Assembly (NCBI GenBank): GCA_031372065.1
Contig: JANMKN010000379.1
Coordinates: 1 to 17,647 of the forward strand
Length of the DNA: 17,647 nt
Direction of reading: 5' to 3'
From: Abditibacteriaceae bacterium
GTDB taxonomy: Bacteria; Armatimonadota; Abditibacteriia; Abditibacteriales; Abditibacteriaceae
Shown: positions 1-7,274 of the stretch, piece after piece
Layout: the number at the start of each line of letters is the position of its first letter
How positions within the stretch are numbered: the stretch's first letter is position 1
Notes under the pieces: model-generated
Database searches by the model: none
Seen by the model: only the letters and a program-made list of their open reading frames with translations
Told to the model about the DNA's origin: nothing
Position numbers and translations under genes: made by a program

Positions 1-3000
1 GTTTTGATAGAAAACTTTTGCTTCGCTCTTTCGATTGACCTGCTCAGATAGGCAACCAAGATTATATAGGATGCTGGCTTGGAGAGTCTCGTTTTTTGCT
101 GCTTCCGCGATTTTTAAACTCGCGCAAAACCTATCCTCAGCCAAAGGATACTTTCTTTGTCGTAGAAGTAATACACCAAGGCCGTTGAGATTAAGTGCCT
201 CTCCTCGTTTATCTCCTAAACTTTGGGAAAGGTTTAAACTGGCCTCGAATTTTAGCGTTGCTTCTTTAAGTTTGTTTTGCTCTGCGTAAATGCTACCTAA
301 ATTATGAAGACATTGTGCCTCTCGGTTCAGATCACCAGATTCCTTGAAAACAGGAAGGATTTGGTGGATTAGCGCTTCGGCTTCTGGCAAATCTCGAAGG
401 TTAAAAGCTAAAACCGCTACTTGACCCATAGTCACAGCATAAGCATATTCATCGTGTAAGCCCTTGTGGATCGAAGCACTTTCAGAATAAAGCCTTTTTG
501 CTTCGTCAAATAAACCATCTGCCTCAGCACAAATTCCTTGATGGTGTAAGGAATTGGCATAACCAGTCAAATCTCCAATCTCTTTGAAGTGTTCACCGAG
601 GTGTGCATCAATTTTCATTTTTTCAACAAAATTATGCTTGTATTCCGTAATCCTCGATTGGTAACCCAAGATAGCAGGCCATAAAAATTTTGCTTCATCT
701 AAGGGTTCCCCATTTAACTTTGTTACCTTCTTTTGTGTTGTAAAAACAAGCTTTTCCCATTCCCCCCAGCGGCTTTGAGAAGTCAAAAGTATATGAAGGC
801 CATCCAGCACGCCAATAGAAGAACTCCATAATTGGTGTTCTTCGCACAATTTGAGAGCGTGTTTTAAGTTTGTCTCTTCAAAGGTCAACTGGCATAGAGC
901 AGCAAATGGGTTCGACTGAGACATTTCCTGTAATCCTCGGCCAACTCCACAACCAGCCTTACAAAAGGCTTGTTCCAGCCACTCTTTATGCTCATTTATT
1001 TCAGTATGCAGCAAATCTTTTAGAAACCAAGATAGTGCTGGGTGCAATGTATAACGGCCACTACCCAAGCTATGCAAAAGGCCAATTTCAGCAGCGTGGC
1101 CCAGTGTGTTGTTCCACTCATTCCATGTCATGCTCCGAATAAAATCCGGTGCATCTGGTTGTTCAGACATGGCAGTCAAAACGTGGGTATTTACAAATCC
1201 TTGAAACAAGCCCAACACGGCTAATCGTTGGCGCAGGGCAGGGTCAAGTTGCTCAAAGCGATAATTGAGCGAGGCCCACAGCGAACGGTCACGGCCTTGG
1301 GTGTCATCGTGCGGCAATTTCGCTTCGCCCGATTGCAAATCGGCCAGTAGTTCTGTCGGATTGCGGCGCTTCAGTTCGGGCAAAATGGCTTGAATCGCCA
1401 GAGGATTGCCGCGCAGAAAACGCAGCAGGTCGTTGTAATCGGCGACTTGTTTTAGCGCGTGCGAGTCCAAGCCGGCGCGTTCCAGCACCAAAACCGCTAA
1501 TTCCTGCGCTTCACTGAGGCGCAAACCGCCGATTTCCACCTCGCGATAGATTTCGGTGGGTTGGTTCAGCCATGCTTCGGCGCGGCGACTGGTCAGCAGC
1601 ACTTTGGTTTTCCCACCGCGCAAATCGCGCAAAAAGTCGCGCAGTTCGCTTTGCTCGCCCTCCGTCCAATCCGAATCTGTGCCCGCCGGAAAACCATGCA
1701 CCGGCTCGAAGTTATCCCAAATCAGCAGACAGGGCGTTTGTCGCAGAATTTGTAGAGCGATGTCGCGCCGAAACGCCGCGTCGCTGAGTTGATCCCAGTC
1801 TTGTTTTACTTCGCGCTTGATATAGCCATTGAAAGCGCGTCCGATGGGGCTAATCACCGTTTCCAAGGTGGCATAACGCTCGAACGAGGTGAAAAACGCC
1901 GCGCCTTGCAATTCGCCGGAGCCAGACAATCCGCCGGTTTCGGCCAACCATTGCGCAAAACCCACGGCTAACGAGGTTTTGCCGACGCCCGCCATGCCGC
2001 GCAGCAAAACCATGTTTTCGCGGGTAAAGGCGCGTTCGAGTTTTTGCGTGGCGTCGTCGCGCCCGATGAAACCAAACGCGGGCGCTTCGGGAAAGCCGAC
2101 CGACTGGCCCACCATCGCGTCCGCTTCGCCCTCGCGCAAGTTCAATTTCAAAGTTCCGGCGCGCGGCGCGGCGATACTGACCGGCGCGGCCTCGAAAATC
2201 AGCGGCACAATCCAATCGCGCAGCGGCAAATCGCCAATCGGCGAAAAACGCAGATTGTTGGCGGCCAATTCTTCGCGTCCGGCGTGAACCGCACGCGCAA
2301 CTTCATCGCCTTGTGCCAATCGCTCGTAAAAGCGCGCCATGAAGTGCGCCGCCGACTGCACATAAACCGAATAGGCCATCGCCACCACCGCGCCGACGCC
2401 CGCCTGCAAAAGCTGATTGCCCACTGACGCATAAGTCGCTTCCGGTTTTGCTTGCCCCGATTGGCAGGCGTTGAGCACCACCAGCGGCAGGCGCGCTTGC
2501 GTCATCAGTTCACCGAGTTTTGCGCCGGTAATAAAGCGGGTTTTGCCTTTCTCATTCTCGAAAGCAAGCATTCCCTGCATCGCGCCGCCGGGAAAAACAC
2601 CGTGCCCGTCGAAATGCAGCGCCTGATAATAACCCGGCTTGTCTTGCAGCACGCGCGCTAACTCTTCAAAAGTCGGCGGGCGCAAAACGTCAATCTGAAT
2701 GCGGTCACGATGCCCGCGCACCGCCGAGAGCAGGCGCCGCGCCACCGATTGAAACGGCACATCATTGTCGCCCGATGGACGGCAAATCACCAGCAAAATA
2801 TTAAAAGTGCCGCCCTGCGGCGCGGGCGCATCGTAATCAAGGGCGGGCTGACTGCGCGCAAATGAATGCGCCAAGCGCGCCAAATCGCAGTTGGTGCGCT
2901 TTGGGTCGCGCAGCAATTCCCACGGCAGCGACACGCCAGTTGGGTCGGCGGCATGAATCACAAAGCGCGTATTGGCTAAATCGCCCCGCACGTTATCGTA

Positions 3001-3291
3001 AAGTTCGCGGTTTTCGCTGCCCGCCGGAAAGACCGCTTCAAACAATTCTTCGCCCAAGCGTTGCATCGTCGCTTCCGCTTGTGCGGCGCGGTCTTTATAC
3101 GCGCCCCACGGGCATTGCAGATACTCTTCGAGATACCACTGCATTAAGTCGCGCTCGGTATCGGCAAATTCAAACGAAAACTCGGCTTCGCGGCTTTGCT
3201 GATTGGCGCGTTCATGGGCACGATAGCCAACTCGCACGCGGGGCGTTTGTTCATTCGTGGCAGCGATATGCTCAATAGTGAGTTCTTTCAT
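1..3291 (-). CDS. CHAT (caspase/HetF-like Cys protease)-STAND NTPase (NB-ARC-like)-TPR protein; >1097 aa, 3' end truncated by the window edge
   Basis: Hand translation: open frame from ATG at 3291 (MKELTIEHIAATNEQTPRV...) to position 1 with no stop. CHAT motifs LPWELL, LHFDGHG (His codon 2602-2604) and VVLNACQSG (Cys codon 2464-2466), VVAMAYSV, DWIVPLIF. NTPase motifs GFIGRD, Walker A GMAGVGKT (1975-1998), Walker B LLIWDNFE (Asp 1714-1716), VLLTSR, GNPLAI, YTLHP. C-terminal 40-aa TPR-type repeats (EAQCLHNLGSIY, EALNLNGLGVLL, QASILYNLGCLS). GGAG RBS at 3302-3305. Confidence 0.93.
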   Translation of the reverse strand, partial: MKELTIEHIAATNEQTPRVRVGYRAHERANQQSREAEFSFEFADTERDLMQWYLEEYLQCPWGAYKDRAAQAEATMQRLGEELFEAVFPAGSENRELYDNVRGDLANTRFVIHAADPTGVSLPWELLRDPKRTNCDLARLAHSFARSQPALDYDAPAPQGGTFNILLVICRPSGDNDVPFQSVARRLLSAVRGHRDRIQIDVLRPPTFEELARVLQDKPGYYQALHFDGHGVFPGGAMQGMLAFENEKGKTRFITGAKLGELMTQARLPLVVLNACQSGQAKPEATYASVGNQLLQAGVGAVVAMAYSVYVQSAAHFMARFYERLAQGDEVARAVHAGREELAANNLRFSPIGDLPLRDWIVPLIFEAAPVSIAAPRAGTLKLNLREGEADAMVGQSVGFPEAPAFGFIGRDDATQKLERAFTRENMVLLRGMAGVGKTSLAVGFAQWLAETGGLSGSGELQGAAFFTSFERYATLETVISPIGRAFNGYIKREVKQDWDQLSDAAFRRDIALQILRQTPCLLIWDNFEPVHGFPAGTDSDWTEGEQSELRDFLRDLRGGKTKVLLTSRRAEAWLNQPTEIYREVEIGGLRLSEAQELAVLVLERAGLDSHALKQVADYNDLLRFLRGNPLAIQAILPELKRRNPTELLADLQSGEAKLPHDDTQGRDRSLWASLNYRFEQLDPALRQRLAVLGLFQGFVNTHVLTAMSEQPDAPDFIRSMTWNEWNNTLGHAAEIGLLHSLGSGRYTLHPALSWFLKDLLHTEINEHKEWLEQAFCKAGCGVGRGLQEMSQSNPFAALCQLTFEETNLKHALKLCEEHQLWSSSIGVLDGLHILLTSQSRWGEWEKLVFTTQKKVTKLNGEPLDEAKFLWPAILGYQSRITEYKHNFVEKMKIDAHLGEHFKEIGDLTGYANSLHHQGICAEADGLFDEAKRLYSESASIHKGLHDEYAYAVTMGQVAVLAFNLRDLPEAEALIHQILPVFKESGDLNREAQCLHNLGSIYAEQNKLKEATLKFEASLNLSQSLGDKRGEALNLNGLGVLLLRQRKYPLAEDRFCASLKIAEAAKNETLQASILYNLGCLSEQVNRKSEAKVFYQN

Positions 3292-3301
3292 AGCGTGAAT
3301 G

Positions 3302-3323
3302 CTCCGGCAATAACACCATTATA
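3302..3323 (-). promoter_or_regulatory. Putative -10 box (TATAAT) and RBS (GGAG) for the CHAT-STAND-TPR gene
   Basis: Minus-strand TATAAT at 3318-3323 and GGAG at 3302-3305; no recognisable -35. Confidence 0.45.
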
Positions 3324-3462
3324 AACCAAATTTAAAACAGCGCTGCGACTGCTCGAAAGCGATGTAAAGCGAGATTGGCGCCCACTGGAACGGGTGGTTA
3401 TAAGATGCGGCGTTGAGGCGCTTATAAAATTCGACTACGAAATCACGCGGGCTATTAATAGA

Positions 3463-4515
3463 TTAGTTTGGAGTCTGATTATTGGCCGTGGTCTGACCAC
3501 CGGCCACTGCTTCCTGAACACTGACATCGGGTGCGATGAAATTTGCCAACTCGATTTGCTGCGTATCCGCATAAAAGCGGCGCAATTGCCAGCGCGTCGC
3601 TTCATCAAGGGCGGCAAGCAAGGTTTTGAAGGTTTCCAAACCGGCGCGCAAGTTGGCATCCGTCGCGCTTTGAGCGATGGCATTTTCCAGCGTGCGCTTG
3701 GTCAAAAGGGCAATGGCATCGTCGTAAAAACCGCGTTCGGCGAGCGCCGTGGCTTGTGCCAAGCGGCGCGTGCTTTCGCTTTCGTCTTTTAAAGCGGCGG
3801 CGATTTCGGCTTGTTCTTGTCGCACGGGGGCGACTTCGGTTTCGGGCGCGATGATGAACCACGAGTCAATACTGCTTTTTTCATCATCCAATTGCACTTT
3901 GCCCGCCGCATCGCGGCTGCGCGGCGTCACACACCAATGATATTTTGTGCCTGCGGCCAAAACCACCTGCGGCGCAATCGCAAGGGAGGATTTGACAGTT
4001 TGCCCTTGCCATACAACGTTGTCGTTGGTGTCGCGCACCGTGACTTCAAAATCGCCCGTCGCGTCGCGCAAAACCCACGCTAAAACGGGACGTTGCAAAA
4101 CATGACTATTCACCGGCGAAAGGGGAATAACAGACTTCGTGGCAAAATTATTTTCATCGCCGCGCACGGTGGCACCGACTTTTTCGCCGCGCCGCGCGAA
4201 ACCTGCTGCCACGCCGTTGTAAATGTTGCTCCATACCGAAGGCTTAGTTGTCGCGCCCGGCGCTGCCACTTGAATTTGCTGATTCGCTTTCAAACTTTGC
4301 GGCGGGCGATTGGCATAATAATCCGTCGCCGCGCCGCCAGCGCCCACGCGCACAGTGTCACCGACATTCAAAGTGGCGCCGTTTTTTCCGGCGGTGCATT
4401 TGCCGCTTTGCACAACCTGCACCGCGCCTTTCACGTCCGTCAAAATCGCTTCCGGCGCGGCGTGCGCCAGCGACGAAAAAATCAAAATAACAACAAGCAA
4501 GCGAATAAATTTCAT
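3463..4515 (-). CDS. Exported protein with FecR-like N-terminal beta domain and DUF928-like C-terminal region (350 aa)
   Basis: Start revised to ATG 4515 (MKFIRLLVVILIFSSLAHA/APEA, Sec signal peptide with AHA site), overlapping the cyclase stop in an ATGA junction (4512-4515). 'ILTDVKGAVQV...GATLNVGDTVRVGAGGAA' resembles FecR N-termini; 'GATVRG', 'LSP...PVLAW', 'LAAGTKYHW' and 'LAERGFYDDA' resemble DUF928. Family calls are by motif recall only. Confidence 0.75.
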   Translation of the reverse strand: MKFIRLLVVILIFSSLAHAAPEAILTDVKGAVQVVQSGKCTAGKNGATLNVGDTVRVGAGGAATDYYANRPPQSLKANQQIQVAAPGATTKPSVWSNIYNGVAAGFARRGEKVGATVRGDENNFATKSVIPLSPVNSHVLQRPVLAWVLRDATGDFEVTVRDTNDNVVWQGQTVKSSLAIAPQVVLAAGTKYHWCVTPRSRDAAGKVQLDDEKSSIDSWFIIAPETEVAPVRQEQAEIAAALKDESESTRRLAQATALAERGFYDDAIALLTKRTLENAIAQSATDANLRAGLETFKTLLAALDEATRWQLRRFYADTQQIELANFIAPDVSVQEAVAGGQTTANNQTPN

Positions 4516-6410
4516 GCTGCACCTTTCTGCTTTACACAATACAATTTCACCGGCGCCGTGCGGCCTTTGACGGCGGTTTGCGTGACAAATTCCCATAACA
4601 CAGCGGGACACTGCGCTGTCACTTCTTCGGTCACCAGTAAACGCGTCGGATGATGACGCGTTTCGCTTTCAACGCGCGAAGCGATGTTCACCGTATCGCC
4701 AATCGCGGTGTAGTGCATTTTGCTTTTTGTGCCCATATTGCCCGCTACCACCGCGCCGCAATGCACGCCCACGCCGACTTCGATGGGAATTTCACCGCGC
4801 GCTTGGCGTTCGATATTGCGTTCTTCGATGATGCGATCAAAATCCTGCGCGGCTTGCACGGCGGCTTGCACATCTTTGGCAAAACTGCCTTGCGAAACCG
4901 GCGCGCCAAAAATGGCCATCACCAAATCGCCGACGTAGTTGTCCACATAAGCGCCGCGTTTTTTGAGGGCGCCGACCAAAGGCTCAAAATGGTCGTTGAG
5001 CATTTGCAACACACGCGCCGGATCGTTTTGCAAACTTTCGGCGATTCCCGAAAAACCTTGAATATCACAAAACAAAACCGCGACTTCGCGCGTTTCGCCG
5101 CCCATTTCCGGCGGGCCTTTTTCGAGCAATTTCAAAATTTCCGGCCCGACATAGCCACCAAACGCATCGCGCACTTGCTTAACCTCGCGCCCGATCACTT
5201 TTTGTCGCCATCCGGCGCCGGTAATCCACGCCAAAAGTGCCGCGACCAAAAGCGGCGAAGGCGGCCAGAAATGCGGCCACGTTTGCGCGGCGCCGCTGGC
5301 CGAAATCCAACCCAAAGCCAACGCGCCAACGCTGCATAGCATCCACGCTAAAATCCCCGGCAGCAAGCCCCACAACGCCGCGCCCGCGACGACAACAGCC
5401 ACCAACACCGCCAAAAGCAGCGCCTTGTTTTGCACGGTGCGGCTTTCATGCGAAAGTCGCATTGCATCGTGCAAGACGCCTTCGCGATAAGTAAAAGTCG
5501 CGTTGGCTAAAAGTTCCACGCCATAAAAACGGCGTCCGGCGCTAAGGCTATTGTCATAAGGCGTTTGAAAAAGATCAGTGGAGCGCGGAAACGTCGCGCC
5601 GATAAAAACAATTTTTTGCGCGGCCAAAAACGGGGCTAAATACGGCTTATCCAAGATTGTTTGTGCATCGTGAATTTGCAGCGCCGCCGTTTTGCTATCG
5701 CTTTTTTCAGCGGGCGAACCAAGAAAATCCAGCGGGCGCAAGCGTTGAATGTTGCTTTTGCGCAACGCTTTTAATTTTTTGCGCCCGGCGTCGTCTGCAA
5801 GGCTGTGCCACGCCGCTAAATAAGGCAGCGACGGCAAATTTTCCGTCTCATCCGGCATCAGGCGCACGAGTCTATCGGGATCCAGCGTGAAATTAACGCC
5901 CCCCACAGCCGTCACTGCATCGGCGAAAAACGGAATCGTCGCGCCGTGCGCCGTAGTGCCTTTGCCATCGGTGTTTTCGGATTCGATATTAAATTGCCCC
6001 AGCACCACCGGCACGCCCGCTTTTTTCGCGCGCCATAAAGCGGCGCGCAATTTTTCATCGCCCCGTTTGGCGCCATCTTCCACGCGCGAATCGAGCCACA
6101 CATCAACGGCGATAACCGACGGTTTCGCATCAGTCAAAGCTTCAATCAAACGCGCCAATTTATCGCGTGGAATTTGACTGACATGGTGTTCTCCGACAAA
6201 CGAATCAGTCAAGCCGACGATGGTCATATCATCCGGCGAATGCGGCGCTCTATAGGTCAAACCGGCATCGTAAAATTTGCCATCTACAGCGAACAACAAC
6301 CCCAATCCCTGCACGCACAACGCGATGAGCAGCGACACCACTACGCACGTCAGCCACGGCAGAAGCCAGAGACGATTGAGCGGGTTATTGGCAGCGGAGA
6401 TTTGTTTCAT
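4512..6410 (-). CDS. CHASE2-domain membrane-bound class III adenylate/guanylate cyclase-family protein (632 aa)
   Basis: N-terminal TM; CHASE2 motifs (IPRDKLARLI, VIAVDVWLD, KIVFIGAT, DLFQTPY, YGVELLAN); further TMs; cyclase core VLFCDIQGFS, NYVGDLVMAIFGAP, GVGVHCGAVVAGNMG, YTAIGDTVNIASRVE, VKGR. Confidence 0.95.
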   Translation of the reverse strand: MKQISAANNPLNRLWLLPWLTCVVVSLLIALCVQGLGLLFAVDGKFYDAGLTYRAPHSPDDMTIVGLTDSFVGEHHVSQIPRDKLARLIEALTDAKPSVIAVDVWLDSRVEDGAKRGDEKLRAALWRAKKAGVPVVLGQFNIESENTDGKGTTAHGATIPFFADAVTAVGGVNFTLDPDRLVRLMPDETENLPSLPYLAAWHSLADDAGRKKLKALRKSNIQRLRPLDFLGSPAEKSDSKTAALQIHDAQTILDKPYLAPFLAAQKIVFIGATFPRSTDLFQTPYDNSLSAGRRFYGVELLANATFTYREGVLHDAMRLSHESRTVQNKALLLAVLVAVVVAGAALWGLLPGILAWMLCSVGALALGWISASGAAQTWPHFWPPSPLLVAALLAWITGAGWRQKVIGREVKQVRDAFGGYVGPEILKLLEKGPPEMGGETREVAVLFCDIQGFSGIAESLQNDPARVLQMLNDHFEPLVGALKKRGAYVDNYVGDLVMAIFGAPVSQGSFAKDVQAAVQAAQDFDRIIEERNIERQARGEIPIEVGVGVHCGAVVAGNMGTKSKMHYTAIGDTVNIASRVESETRHHPTRLLVTEEVTAQCPAVLWEFVTQTAVKGRTAPVKLYCVKQKGAA

Positions 6411-6589
6411 GCGTGTCGCGAAAATCGGTTATTTAGGCCTGCAATTTGCCATAGATAATCAAGCAGTTACAATTGCCTTTTTATCGCAATTTCAAGCCAG
6501 TGTGAATGCAGTTTGGCCCGCGCGTAATCCGTTGAGAAGACACAGCTTTCACATTTGCTCTGCGAATAGCGAGAATCGGAAGAATGCCT

Positions 6590-6640
6590 TTGACAAGCGG
6601 TGGATGCTTTGATTTTAAAGCGTTTTGCACTGCAAACAGG
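6590..6640 (+). promoter_or_regulatory. Candidate promoter/operator region of the small orphan ORF
   Basis: Exact TTGACA at 6590-6595 but only a weak -10; imperfect palindrome GCTTT-GATTTT-AAAGC over the -10 zone and TTTGCA-C-TGCAAA at 6624-6636. Confidence 0.3.
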
Positions 6641-6652
6641 AAACAAAACACC

Positions 6653-6868
6653 ATGAGCAACACCCAAATTTTCAATGCCCTGCTGCAAACTCTGGCTCCT
6701 ACCCGTCTGCGCCGCAAGCGCGCCCGCTTGGAAAAACCAACGGTTGTCCCGACAGATTTTTTGGCAGTGCATCTCGCTCAGACACCCAATGCAACGCCAC
6801 AAACGTTGGCTCAATTGCAGGCCGCTTATAATGCGCGCTGCGCCGACGAAATGCGTTCGTCGTTTTGA
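6653..6868 (+). CDS. Small hypothetical protein (71 aa, MSNTQIFNALLQTLAPTRLRRKRARLEK...)
   Basis: ATG preceded by A-rich CAGGAAACAAAACACC leader with AGGA; fills an otherwise empty gap divergent from the cyclase; no recognised motif. Confidence 0.55.
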   Translation: MSNTQIFNALLQTLAPTRLRRKRARLEKPTVVPTDFLAVHLAQTPNATPQTLAQLQAAYNARCADEMRSSF

Positions 6869-7180
6869 AAGTAATTTCCTCAGGCACCGCGCAAAAATCG
6901 TGATGCCTTGCCTCAGCGCGATTTCGATACTGCCGCCTTCAAAGGTGCAAGCGTTCATGCACGCCTGCGCGCTGACTTTCGCAAAATTTGTCGGCGGTTT
7001 TCTGTGCCTTAGATGCGCCTAAAATCTTAAAAGCAGCAGGGTTGGGGAATACAACGTAGTCCTCTGTGCAGCCGTTTTGTCCATTGCACTTTGAGTAGGC
7101 GCAAATTGGCGGTTTGCGTGTGAGGCGGAATGCTTTCTTACTTTGGGAAGCGATGGTTGTGAATCAGGATTTTCCATAAC

Positions 7181-7205
7181 AACTTATGTAGTCATACTAC
7201 AAGTT
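7181..7205. promoter_or_regulatory. Palindrome upstream of the baeRF3 gene (candidate operator or hairpin)
   Basis: TGTAGT-CAT-ACTACA perfect inverted repeat (7187-7201), flanked by AACTT/AAGTT, about 70 nt upstream of the start. Confidence 0.45.
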
Positions 7206-7274
7206 ACAGCACCAAACCAAGCAAGACTCCGCAGCCGAGAATTTTCAGGCCTTTAATCTTCGCAAAGGACATTT

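Noticed and set aside
1215..1230. Possible stop or frameshift at the GC break (pseudogene)
   Set aside because: Careful re-reading gives ...DPALRQRLAVLGLFQGFV... with no in-frame stop.
35..3278. Many short ORFs in the track (e.g. 35..289, 870..1142, 1850..2215, 1889..2287, 2862..3278)
   Set aside because: They are antisense or off-frame shadows of the long CHAT-STAND-TPR frame and carry no motifs.
3341..3375. GCTCGAAAGCGATGTAAAGC loosely resembles a c-di-GMP-I riboswitch
   Set aside because: Wrong strand for the flanking genes, lacks the GGCAAA and second-stem consensus.
4516..4611. Upstream extension of ORF 3463..4611
   Set aside because: Overlaps the cyclase 3' end; ATG 4515 gives a clean signal peptide and ATGA coupling.
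4512..6410. Pycsar/CBASS call for the cyclase
   Set aside because: It is a CHASE2 membrane receptor cyclase, not PycC-like or CD-NTase, and there is no adjacent cNMP-binding effector.
6500..6554. CRP site suggested by TGTGA and TCACA half-sites near the cyclase
   Set aside because: The half-sites are over 40 nt apart rather than 6; only an imperfect inverted repeat.
6467..7022. ORFs 6467..6958 (-) and 6675..7022 (+)
   Set aside because: No RBS, Cys/Arg-rich non-protein-like composition, and they overlap the better-supported 6653..6868 ORF.
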